The notes below the pieces were generated by a model. The model was not told where the DNA came from. It made no database searches and worked only from the letters and a program-made list of their open reading frames with translations. A stretch of 64,000 nt of DNA from Schmidtea polychroa (taxonomy: Eukaryota): positions 252,836,001 to 252,900,000 of the forward strand of contig CM097885.1 in assembly GCA_044892525.1 (NCBI GenBank), in the 5' to 3' direction. Below are positions 1-10,805 of the stretch, in pieces. Numbering within the stretch: the stretch's first letter is position 1; each line of letters begins with the position of its first letter. The translations under genes and the position numbers were made by a program.

Positions 1-173
1 TAATAAATAGGTTTCATCATCTCTAATAGTCTTTGCATCTTTGGTTGTTTTGTGAGGAAGTGAAGAGTAAATACTTGTATCTAGAATTCTGCCGGCAGGG
101 CAGTCAAAGCTGCTGTTGTCACTGGGCAGCGAATGAGTTTGTTGCAAATTAGGGGAAAGGAAGCTTTTGATCT
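1..173 (-). CDS. Probable cytoplasmic (juxtamembrane) exon of the DDR-like gene; runs off the window edge
   Basis: Acceptor TTTATTTTAG| at 174-175. The phase-1 frame stays open to position 1 (IKSFLSPNLQQTHSLPSDNSSFDCPAGRILDTSIYSSLPHKTTKDAKTIRDDETYLL). It joins the TM exon 17700-17864 in frame (A+AG=Lys). No recognisable homology, so the assignment rests on phase and position. Confidence 0.5.
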
Positions 174-2232
174 CTAAAATAAATTATATAAATATAAATT
201 ACTTTAAGAATAAAGGATAGCATTATTAAAATGTATGAACAAATAGTTTTCGCTTGGTTTTGCTAGTAATTAAAAAATAATTTGACAAATTGTGTTTAAA
301 TTATTTGACATGAATATTTAATTTGTTGATTGCAAATGTTGTTTTGAATGTATATTCCACTTCTGACATTTGTGACTTTGTTTCATTGAATGCAATTTTT
401 ATAAACTGACTGAAAGAAAAGACATTGTACAAAAGAAAAAGACAATGAGATAATAACAAGCCATTTGGTATAAAAGTTTGTAAACCTATTTCTGGTATGA
501 ATTCTGTTAAAAAAACTATAAATTCATCTTTTCTATTTGTATTATTAGTTACTTGCAAATATTTATGTTTTTGGAGTCAGACAACACCAATCGGGTTTAA
601 TTCTTCATTTATAAAACTGCTACACTTACTTCGTATTGTCTATCTATTTTGTTATTTCAAACCTTTCTAAGCGAGTAAAAGATAAATATTCGGATCTTAT
701 TCAAAGTCATCATTTTTAAAATCAACAGGTAAAAATTTGTGAAGGACAAAGTGTAAAAAGTCTAAAAGTTTTCTCTTAGTTTCTTTACTAAATATTTTTT
801 AGAATCACTATTGAAAAAGCCTTAGTTTGTTTAACTCAAGATAAACAGAGAATACTTTCACTAATTTCAGGATGATTAACTTCTACAAAACATGGAAATA
901 CATTTTTTTCTGTGTTGAGATATCTGAATGTATTAAATGTGTATATATTGGTTTAATAAATCACGTGATTCTGACAGTATGCCACTAATACATATACATA
1001 CAAGCATTAAACACTTCATATGCAAATACATATGCAAACCAATAGATGAGTCATAATTTGTTATTATATTTTTTCAAATAATGAATTTATAAATATAGGT
1101 TTTTTTGGAATTTTTACAATTTAAATTAAGTTTTAATAACTTTAACTTAAATTTACTTTCCTTATATTACTCGCCACATATTTCCATTTAATTATGCGGA
1201 TTTTCATAAAATAATGTTTACATTGATGTTTGAAGTTTATCTCTCGAAATTTGTAAATTATAGAGCTATATGAATTTATTACTAATGACCTTCCAAAATG
1301 AAGTTTGTTCTCATCATTCACTATTTCATTTTCTGTACAATTGATATTAAGAAATATTTTAATCAGTAATGTCTTCAGCAGTAAGTTCTAAACTTTTATC
1401 TATCATATTTTTTTCTTTTTTTTATATTTTGTCAAAATGAAAATAAATTAGATATTATCAAAAAAAGGATGAAAGATGACCAAATAAAATGACCTGATAA
1501 AATTATTTTTTTTGCTTTCTATAGTATATACAAATAATTTTTACCAGAACCAAAAATGTAGTTTTTTATATATAAATTAATTATAGGTGATGTTAAACCT
1601 TAATTTGTTTCTAAACTCCTTGTAATTTATGCATATTCTTGTACAGCTGATTCTGTTTTTATGCGAATTCGATTTAACGTGATTCGAAAAATTTCATTTT
1701 TAGCAAGAAAAAATTGAGCAATAATTTTGACAAACATGATCATATTTAGGAAAATGCTGGGAAATTTCAACGGAACGTAAAAATACTAATGGGTAATTAT
1801 CAAAACACGATTTATTTCCTAAAAACACTGAATGGAAATTTAGTTGGAAATATTTCTAGTGACAAAATGAGTGATAACACTTAAAAAGTATAATTTACAT
1901 TATATTTTCGGAATTTTTGTTTCATTAAACTCAATAGTCACATTATTTTAGTTGATTTTACAAATTTAGAACCAATTTTCTACTATTATAATGATTCTCT
2001 ATTTCTTTTTGCGCGATTTAGTTTACGCGAGTGTAGCTAATAGGTTTAGTTAAATCAGTCATTTCAAAAATTAAAATCAATTAAGATAATTTGAAAATTT
2101 TCAAAGACCTTTATTTAATTAAACTAATAAAACAAAACATGCAAAAGAACTCTAATATCCAGAAACCGAATAACAGTATGTAAACCGAAAAGAACAAGCT
2201 CCCACAGAAATAATTGCCTTACAATGACATAC

Positions 2233-2337
2233 ATATATTACAATCTTCCATTTCTTTGGGAATTTCTTCGTTTGTCATATTCGGTTGTTTAATAGGAATA
2301 TTAGTGATTCTCGGTTCAGTGATGTTCGAATAAGTTT
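2233..2337 (-). CDS. Possible symmetric phase-1 exon (TYSNITEPRITNIPIKQPNMTNEEIPKEMEDCNI)
   Basis: AATTTAG| acceptor, |GTATGT donor and 105 nt of open frame. A direct join to exon 1-173 would create TAG, so it needs another exon or is spurious. Confidence 0.25.
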
Positions 2338-2440
2338 CTAAATTCGGGGGTCATTCCAGTTTTTACACGGCTAACGTCTAACATTTTATTCTGTGAATTA
2401 GAATTTATTTCCATTGCATTAGGCAAAATCCAATCCATTC

Positions 2441-2519
2441 TGTTGTGATTAATTATTCAGTGATTTCTTTGTGACACGCTTATTAAAGTATTTATTTTGC
2501 TTTCGGACGTTTTACTAAT
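2441..2519 (-). repeat. Distal piece of an older gypsy 3' LTR, split by the young element
   Basis: Ends ...ATCACAACA on the minus strand. This is the inverted match to the TGTTGT start at 7368, giving a canonical TG...CA LTR once the 2525-7110 insertion is removed. Confidence 0.6.
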
Positions 2520-2524
2520 ATGAC

Positions 2525-2763
2525 TATTAGGAGGTTCATCCTGTAAAACATTAAAATCAGTTTTTATTTCCATAAATTTTATTTCAATAAATATCAAAAT
2601 CAAATTATATCTTCTTTAATCTTTCTTATTTAAACAAATTTTCTACGAAGATATTTTTAATTAAAATATCTTCTTATTTTGTTTTTTTTTAAAAATTAAT
2701 CTAAATTTTTTAATTTTTAAAATTTTCAATTTAAAAATTTCTTCATCATAAAACTTCCTCATA
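2525..2763 (-). repeat. 3' LTR (239 bp)
   Basis: Appears identical by eye to 6872-7110. Minus-strand termini are TATGAGG...CCTAATA. Confidence 0.95.
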
Positions 2764-5700
2764 TCCCCCTTCTTAAGAAATTTTTAAGTTTTTCCACATT
2801 TCTTTCGATCCTTTTTCCATCTTCATTTCTTAAGATGTATCGTCTGTCATGCACTTTCTCTATCACTTTGTACGGACCTTCATACCTGTCCTGGCCTTTG
2901 TGGCGTGTTTCTACTTTTACTAATACTTCTTCTCCTACATTGAATTTTCTCCTTGTTTGTTCTTCTAGTTCTTCCTTTATCGGTATTTCTTTGGACCCGT
3001 ACCATTTTCCCTGCTAATCTTTTTTCCAAAAACTATCTCTGACGGGCTTTTCCCTATCGTTTTTTGTTTGGTTGCATTTAAAGTGAATTCGACTTCTGGT
3101 AATATCTCTGCCCAATCCGTCTTCTTTCTATCCTGTAAAGTAGCATTTATCAAATCCCGTATTGTCCTGAATTGTCTTTCTATCTGACCGTTTGTTTGGT
3201 GATGGTATGGACTCGAAAAATATAATTTAATATCTAGCATCTTTGTGAATTCTCTCATCATTCCTGATTCAAACGCCTTTCCGCAATCAACTCTTATCTC
3301 CTTTGGGCATCCAAATCTTAAAATCCACTTTTCTAAAATCGTTTTCTTTATTGTTTCTTCGTCTTGTTTTGTTATCGCTGTCAAGACTTGATACTTATTA
3401 TACTGATCTATTATGCCCAATATATACTTCTTACGTCCTTTTGTTTCTGACAACGGTCCACATATATCTACGAATATAATTTCGAACATTTCCTTCGAAT
3501 CTTGTCTTTTTACTGGTTCTTTCGTTGTTATTGTTAAAGCCTTGGTTTTTTGACAAATCTCACAACTTCGAACAATATCCTGAATCTTACTCCACAGGTG
3601 TTTTCCAACATATCTATCTTTCATATAATCGGCTATCTTCTCGACTCCAGCATGACACAATAGTCTATGTATTTCCTTTATTGTTTCTTGTAACTCATTT
3701 TCAGGTATCATCGTTTTCTTTCGTACTTCTTCTACAATTCCATGTTGGATGTTGCTTCTTCCCTCTTCTCTGATCGAGTCTAGTAATCTTGTTTTTATCT
3801 TTCCTTTCTTAGCTTCTTCGTGGGCCATTTGGCATTGAACACAAGTGTCACATTTAGTTCTCAACACCATGTCTGCATTTTGGTGATTAATACCCTTTCT
3901 GTATTCTACTCTTATATCTAAACTGCTCAAATAATTGATCCATGTTTGGAATTGTGAAGTAATCGGCTTCTTGGTTGTCATCATAAACGTGATTGCCTTG
4001 TGGTCTGTCCTGAGCGTGAATCTTCTTCCTTAGAGATAGTTCTTAAAATGAATGCAAAAATAATATACCGTCAATAGTTCCTTTCTTGTAATACAATATC
4101 CTTTCTCGTGGCTCGTTATCGAGTGTGATCCATACGCAATTACTCTTTCCTTTCCATCTTTATCTCTTTGTGAAAGTACTGCTCCAATGGTATCGAAACT
4201 AGCGTCAGTATCTAAAATGAACTCCTTTTTCAGATCCGGAAAACATAAGATTGGCGCCGTCGTGAGTGCTAATTTCAATCCCTCAAACACGCTATTCGTT
4301 CCTTCACTCCATTCTAATATTTTGTTACTTGGTCCGCTACATAATTGTTCTAACATCCTTGCCTTCTTTGCATAATCACTGATGAATCTTCTATAATAAT
4401 TGCAAATACCTAAAAAGCTTCGGAGTTTCTTTACGCAATTAGGCTTCCAAAAGTTCTGTATGACCTGAATTTTAAATGGATCTGTCTGTACTCCTTCCTT
4501 GCTGATTATGTGTCCTAAGAATCTGATTTCTACCTTTATTATTTGGCATTTTTCTGGATTAATCCTTAGGCCTGCTTCCTCAATCGCCTTTAACACTTCT
4601 CCGAGTATTGTATAGTGTTTCTCTTTACTGCTTGAACAAATCAAGATGTCGTCCAAATACCCCATTGCTCCCTTTATTTTGCCTAATACTTTTGTCATCA
4701 TTTCTTGGAACGTACCTGGTGCTGCTGCAATTCCAAACGGCATTCTGTTGAAACAATATTGTCCGTTCTTTGTTGAGAAAGCTGTTTTTTCCTGTGATTC
4801 TTCTTCTAGTTCCACTTGGTAATATGCATTACCTAGATCGATTGAGCTGAAAAAGACGGATCCTCCTAACAAATCCAACATCTCGTCTATGTTTGGCATT
4901 GGAAATGCCTGCCTCTCTGTTACCGCGTTCAGCTGTCTAAAGTCCAAGCATAGTCTAATATCCTTTTTCTCTTTTTTCCATACACATATTAGCGGTGTAT
5001 TCCATGGAGAGTTACATTTCCGTATAATTCCATTTTCGTACAAATTTTGTATTGCTTCTTCAATCTTTGATTCCAAATTTAGTGGTTGGCGATATGGTTT
5101 TATGTTTATCGGCTCACCTCTTGTAACTATCTTGTGTTTTACCAAATGTGTGCGACCCACATCCCATTTATCTGCCATAAACACGTTTCCACTGTTTGTT
5201 ATAATTTCCTTTAATTTGCTATCTTCATTGATCTTTAACTGCTCCAACGCTCGTATCAATCGTTCTTCATCCTTTATTTTTCTGCCAAATTTTGCTTCAA
5301 TGTTACAAATATAGTTCTTGTCTTTTTCACTAGCCTCGATATCTTTAATTTTTAACAGTCTAAATCCAAATGTTTCTTGTAATTCGATTCCTCCAATCAC
5401 GTCTGGTGTCACTTTCTCCGCCACAATGAATATAACTTCCTTCGAAACATTTCCAATGGTTACTTGCACCTTCGTTTTTCCTATTGTCTCGATCGTACTC
5501 TCGTTTGCGCATCGTAACTTATCGTCACTTTTCGTCAATTGTTGTCCTCGTAGCTTGTTGAAACAGTTCACACTCATTACATTGATTCTTGCTCCAGTGT
5601 CTAATAAACAGTCGAAATTTTCCCCATTCATCCTTACTGTTATACTAGGCCTTCCTTGCATTCTGTTATACAAAATTTCAACAACCTGCTCCGTTTCAAT

Positions 5701-5870
5701 GGTTCCAATTCTTTCCACTTCCTCTTCAAACATTTCTCTCTTTAGGAACCTGTATACTTTCTCGCTTACCCTTCCAACATTCTCCCACTTTTCTGCCCCT
5801 TGAGGATATCCCATCAAATTTTCTGTTAGAATATGGCTCCAACCAACTCCTCTACTGGTGGAGCCCTGTT
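2759..5870 (-). pseudogene. pol: gypsy pol (protease, RT, RNase H, integrase with GPY motif), disrupted
   Basis: Motifs LLDTGA (protease), YLDD (RT), DASFDTIGAVL (RNase H), HHCC plus D-D-E integrase, and YEGPYKV. An in-frame TAA at 4030-4032 (HFKNYL*GRRF) joins track ORFs 4030-5817 and 2977-3984. A 1-nt frameshift lies near 3003-3010, and the restored frame ends ...NFLRRGI* at 2759. Confidence 0.95.
2764..2774 (-). promoter_or_regulatory. Polypurine tract AAGAAGGGGGA
   Basis: 11-nt purine run directly upstream of the 3' LTR on the minus strand. Confidence 0.85.
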
Positions 5871-6854
5871 GTTTGGGTACGTCTTCCTAAAATTATCTTC
5901 ATTTGTCTCTACACACGATTCCATTTCTTCTTCTTCCTCGATACCATTTATCCGACTGTATCTGTTTCCCGTGAATCTTTGTCTCTCCGTCGCTCTCCCG
6001 TACCTCATCTTTGTATAACACTCCTCGGATCTATGACCATTTCTGCTACATCTTTCACAACGTATTTCCTGACACAATCTTCTTATATGACCTTCTTTCC
6101 CACACCCAAAACATCTTGGAGCTTTTTTATCTGGACAGTTTCTACTTATATGTCCGCTTCTATGACATGTCCAGCATTCTATTTTACCTTTTATTGGACA
6201 ATCAATTTTCGTGTGTCCTATTTTGTGGCATAACCAGCATTCTGGCATTTCTCTTCGGATACTTTCTTCTCTCTGTTCTCTCTTCTTGTGTTGTACTCTT
6301 CTCTGTGGTTCCAGACAGACCACTCTGGCGTAACTTTTCATACTGTTTATCTGATCTCTTTGCTTGTCTACTTTGTCCATCAGAATTAGTGTTTCCTTTA
6401 TTTCTTCTGTGCTTTTTATCTTCCGTAGTATCACTTCTTTCTCAACTTCTTTATTCTCCGCACATACTATTAACATCCTTGCTGTTAATTTCTCTTTGGT
6501 AAATTCTTTATTTTCGAACAACCTATCAACAAGGTCCTCCACCTTTTTAAAATACGTTTCTATTTCTTCACCCTTCCGCTTGTAATTCAACAAGTTTTGT
6601 AGATCCTTTAAAACATCTCTTTCACGATCGAATGCCAATCGCAACCTAGCCTGGAATCCTTCGGCTTTTTTCAGTGTTTTGGCGTACACTTCCAGGAGAT
6701 CCTCATCGATCATGCAAGATGTTAATCTTTCCTGGTCTTTCTTCTGCGTGATTCCCTTGGTGTCGAAATAAATTTCGCATCTTTTAATGAACTTTACCAA
6801 ATCGTCCCCTTGGCAGAATACCTTTGGTAGCAATCTTTCGGTGATTGCGTCCAT
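5826..6854 (-). CDS. gag: gypsy Gag with four CCHC zinc knuckles
   Basis: Open frame. The likely ATG is at 6852-6854, just after the PBS (the track start at 6950 lies inside the LTR). Knuckles: CWLCHKIGHTKIDC, CWTCHRSGHISRNC, CFGCGKEGHIRRLC, CERCSRNGHRSEEC. Confidence 0.92.
   Translation of the reverse strand: MDAITERLLPKVFCQGDDLVKFIKRCEIYFDTKGITQKKDQERLTSCMIDEDLLEVYAKTLKKAEGFQARLRLAFDRERDVLKDLQNLLNYKRKGEEIETYFKKVEDLVDRLFENKEFTKEKLTARMLIVCAENKEVEKEVILRKIKSTEEIKETLILMDKVDKQRDQINSMKSYARVVCLEPQRRVQHKKREQREESIRREMPECWLCHKIGHTKIDCPIKGKIECWTCHRSGHISRNCPDKKAPRCFGCGKEGHIRRLCQEIRCERCSRNGHRSEECYTKMRYGRATERQRFTGNRYSRINGIEEEEEMESCVETNEDNFRKTYPNNRAPPVEELVGAIF
5835..5877 (-). promoter_or_regulatory. Putative -1 programmed ribosomal frameshift signal (gag-pol)
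   Basis: C CCA AAC heptamer in the gag frame (5877-5871), a 5-nt spacer, then a GGCTCCA...TGGAGCC hairpin. pol is in the -1 frame and open across the overlap. Confidence 0.8.
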
Positions 6855-6858
6855 GTTT

Positions 6859-6871
6859 ACCGCTGCCACCA
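6859..6871 (-). promoter_or_regulatory. Primer-binding site TGGTGGCAGCGGT (tRNA-Leu type)
   Basis: Directly follows the 5' LTR. Complementary to ACCGCUGCCACCA, the 3' end of metazoan tRNA-Leu(AAG/TAG) as I recall it. Confidence 0.8.
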
Positions 6872-7110
6872 TATTAGGAGGTTCATCCTGTAAAACATTA
6901 AAATCAGTTTTTATTTCCATAAATTTTATTTCAATAAATATCAAAATCAAATTATATCTTCTTTAATCTTTCTTATTTAAACAAATTTTCTACGAAGATA
7001 TTTTTAATTAAAATATCTTCTTATTTTGTTTTTTTTTAAAAATTAATCTAAATTTTTTAATTTTTAAAATTTTCAATTTAAAAATTTCTTCATCATAAAA
7101 CTTCCTCATA
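6872..7110 (-). repeat. 5' LTR (239 bp)
   Basis: Direct repeat of 2525-2763. Confidence 0.95.
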
Positions 7111-7115
7111 ATGAC

Positions 7116-8100
7116 ATTGGAAAATCATATATGATTTATATAGATATCGATAAAACCGTATATTAAATAAATCAAAGTCTAGAATTTCTAATATCTATTT
7201 TATGAAATTACCGTTCAAATATTTATCAGATTAGGATCGAAGACTATTTTGTAATAATGAACATGAAATATGAGACATGTTTCAGACATACAATAACATA
7301 CAGACAAGCATCAAACCATTCATGATAATTATTAATTCGGTAATTTAAATTATAGATTACTTACAACACTCCCCCACCACGCTTTAAAAAGCTTTGACCA
7401 TTATATATTCCGAATGATCGTAGAACCTGAATTATCTAACATTTCCTTAACTGTTTTCATGTATTTTCTTTGTTATTACCAAAGACCTCTGTATCGATTA
7501 TCATCTTTATTTCGTAAATCTATTTTAACTAATATTTTATCTCCAGTGTTGAAAGTTCTATGAATTCTTTTATGATTGTCGAAACGGTTGATGTTATTAG
7601 GCTCTTTAATTCTTTATATTACTTACTGCGGTTTCCTATTGATATATTTGATATAGTCTGATATGTTTTTATTTGCTTTTATGTCTCATTGTACGAAACA
7701 ATATTTTTTATGCGTTTGCCAAATATAATTTCTACTGGGGAATGCTTAGTAGTCATTTAATGCATATTCTATTTGTGGTAGTTGCTTATTAATTAGGCAA
7801 TTTAATTATTAGATTACTGAGACGGTTCAACAACACACTACGAGTTTTCGGGGAACATATATATCTCGTACAAACGTATTAGGTGTATTTACATAATTTA
7901 TGCATATTGTACATTAATGTTATCTTTATTTTAAGTGAGTTTCTTTATAAGTAATCTAAACTTGTGACTCAAACTCCCATAATTTATGTGTTTTGGTGTT
8001 TATATTAATTATGACCAATCTAATATTGGGTTTGTGGTTTTATCTTAAAAACATTTACCGGGTTCAATCATTTTAAGAAACAATTTTTACATATTAGTAT
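7116..8100 (-). mobile_element. Older degenerate gypsy: proximal 3' LTR piece (7116-7368), PPT and integrase relic
   Basis: PPT-like GGTGGGGGAG precedes TGTTGTAAG. Degenerate translations EFESQ, KHSPVEIIFGKRI, KDDNRYRG and STIIRNI*W parallel the young element's integrase end. Confidence 0.7.
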
Positions 8101-9094
8101 TATATGATCAAAACCAAATTGTTAAAATTCACGAGCCATCAAAATAGGGGTCGAAATATTTTAATTTCTNNNNNNNNNNNNNNNNNNNNNNNNNNNNNNN
8201 NNNNNNNNNNNNNNNNNNNNNNNNNNNNNNNNNNNNNNNNNNNNNNNNNNNNNNNNNNNNNNNNNNNNNNNNNNNNNNNNNNNNNNNNNNNNNNNNNNNN
8301 NNNNNNNNNNNNNNNNNNNNNNNNNNNNNNNNNNNNNNNNNNNNNNNNNNNNNNNNNNNNNNNNNNNNNNNNNNNNNNNNNNNNNNNNNNNNNNNNNNNN
8401 NNNNNNNNNNNNNNNNNNNNNNNNNNNNNNNNNNNNNNNNNNNNNNNNNNNNNNNNNNNNNNNNNNNNNNNNNNNNNNNNNNNNNNNNNNNNNNNNNNNN
8501 NNNNNNNNNNNNNNNNNNNNNNNNNNCCCGTTTTATAATGAAGATATTTTATTGTTTAGGGCAAAATAGCGTGCAGACATCCCAGAAATTCCTATTTTAT
8601 CAATCTATTCATCTGTAATCTGTTATGAAAATAAAATTCATTTTCACTTCTGACTTATTTTAATTACACAAGAGAAATCAAATGACTTCATAATGTTTGT
8701 TTCATCAGTAAAACTTATAGAAATTTGCATTTTCATTGATGGGTTTATTTTTTACTTTGATTATGGGAATTTCCCAAATTTTATATATAATTCCCATGTA
8801 ATCTAATAAGAAATTACTTTGAGTAGATAAAAATCAGGAAATTATACAACAATATTTCCCAAAAAATGCCCATTCTATTTTGGAATTCATTTAAAAATTT
8901 GACAAGGATTTGTTTAAAATGACAAAAACCATTAAATAAAAGAATTCAAAATGAAATAAACGTTATACAGGTATTTTTGATACATACATTTTTGAGTAAC
9001 TAAATCAATGACTGCAAAATAATTTGGAAAAAAACAAAAAACTTCAATTAAAAATAAAAGAATAGTGTCCCTCAAAAATCTATATATACTTTAA

Positions 9095-9643
9095 CCTTTC
9101 TAAGATCAAGTGGGGTAATTGCGTACCCCAGCATCTTATTTTTTTTGAAAACTTTTCTAAATTCAGAACTTACCCCATTTGTCCTTTAGTTATTACAAGT
9201 GTTATCATTTAATATCACTTTGCATCAATTTCATCTCAAAAAATTAATCCTGTTCGCATTTATTGTAAAGAATCTGCTTGAAGTACAAATTTACCCCAGT
9301 GGGTTGATACAAATGGTAGGAGTTCACATTGTACTCGTAAACAAGGTCGCAAAAGTCGAAAATTACGTAATAAATGTTCAGCATTTATGTGTACAGAACA
9401 TTCCACTAGCATTATAATATGTAAAACTTGTGATAAGTAATGTGTTACTATAGGTAAGAATATATGTAATGCCCATTTTTTAAACACTTGTTTCTGTAAT
9501 ATATTTGTATTTCGTAGAATATATTTTATTTTTATACGGTAAAAAACCTTTAAACTAGCAATAGCACAGTGAAAAAGTATTGAGGAACAAATTTACTCCC
9601 AAGTGGTCTTCCGTGTAAGAAATTTGAGCCGGCCTTAGGAAAG
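9095..9643 (+). mobile_element. piggyBac internal-deletion derivative (549 bp)
   Basis: TTAA on both sides (9091-9094, 9644-9647) and imperfect TIRs CCTTTCTAAG / CTTAGGAAAG. 9282-9440 encodes the Cys-rich C-terminus (HCTRKQGRKSRKLRNKCSAFMCTEHSTSIIICKTCDK*) typical of piggyBac transposases. Confidence 0.75.
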
Positions 9644-10480
9644 TTAATATCTCATATTTTTTTAATTAATTTTTTTTCGAGGTAGACTGTTATTATTAAG
9701 GACAAATAAATTAAAATAATAAATGATATTGGAATAAACTTTGAACAACGTAAATTTATTTTAAAGTTCTACCATAAGTGCAAGAATGTAGTGGAAGTGC
9801 TTTGATTTTAACGCTTGAGAAGTAAGTTTCAGATAGATCCACCTTTTAGACTCACCAAGATGTCCACAAACAATGTTCTAGGAGACCACGAACATCAACA
9901 AGCTCCACAAGAGAAGAAAGACTACTGGACAGTTATAGTGAAACTTCAAAAAATCTGTTCAGCAAGTGGCACGTGAGGTAGACTTTTCAAAATCTGTACT
10001 GTTATCATAATATTATATAAAATTACCAGTCTGTGATATTTAAATTTACATAAATTAATTGATATTTATTAGACCATTTCTAAATTCAATCTTCTATAAG
10101 TAAAATAATGTATATACATGACAATTAATGCGCATTTGCTTACTAATGACATGCACTCAGAAATCACTCTAAAATATATTCGGTTCTATTTACACTAATC
10201 AAAATTACAAATGGGTAAAGAATGTTTGAGTTATTTACAAATTTGTGTATTTTTTTTCAAATGACAAAATTTGACACGTGAGTGTGACATACAAATTGTC
10301 TGCCTATAATTGATAATATTTGGAAATAATGGATAACGATTCATGACTATAACCGGGTTCAAGAGAATTTCAAAACTTTAACATTTTTAATAATTTTTTT
10401 TTGGTTTCTTTCATTGAATTTTTTTGAAACCCTCACTTCTTTAAACATGTATAAAATTGCTAATTTTTGAAACACACAGG

Positions 10481-10805
10481 CAATGTTCCCTCTAAGCCAT
10501 AAGCAGCAGTGCGCGCAAAGTCAGCTGCGCTGGGCAGCCTTTAAATACAAATGAGCGTCAAAATGCTATAACGTGGTTGTAAGAGTTTTAAAACGACATT
10601 GTATTCTATAACTGTAGTGACTATGTTGAAAACTAAGTAGATAACCGGTCTTCGCTGCTGGTGGTCCCTTTACATCGACAATTTCCGTGTGCTTTTACTA
10701 GGAACAACTGCCATGAAACGGTTGAATTAAATATACTGCGCTGAAAATAATTTTGCTGCGCTGGGGAGTTGGAGGTGCTGCGCGCGCAGCTTAGAGGGAA
10801 CGTTG
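10481..10805. mobile_element. hAT MITE (325 bp)
   Basis: TIR CAATGTTCCCTCTAAGC (16/17 match) and a perfect 8-bp TSD CACACAGG. Confidence 0.9.

Larger units (their letters stand above)
2525..7110 (-). mobile_element. Ty3/gypsy LTR retrotransposon, full length (4586 bp), young
   Basis: Two 239-bp direct LTRs, 5-bp TSD ATGAC (2520-2524, 7111-7115), PBS, PPT, gag, and PR-RT-RH-IN domain order. Confidence 0.97.

Noticed and set aside
2835-6585. Plus-strand ORFs overlapping gag/pol, and similar antisense ORFs over the Tigger (33366-33878, 34581-34802) and hAT ORFs
   Set aside because: Shadow frames of real coding sequence on the other strand; no motifs.
6855-6950. N-terminal extension of Gag in the ORF track
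   Set aside because: It lies inside the 5' LTR and PBS. Homology to the second gag (20991) begins at the Met at 6854.
9880-9985. Tc1-like fragment (RRPRTSTSSTREERLL) or a plus-strand first exon (MSTNNVLGDHEHQQ...)
   Set aside because: Too short, and the two readings conflict.
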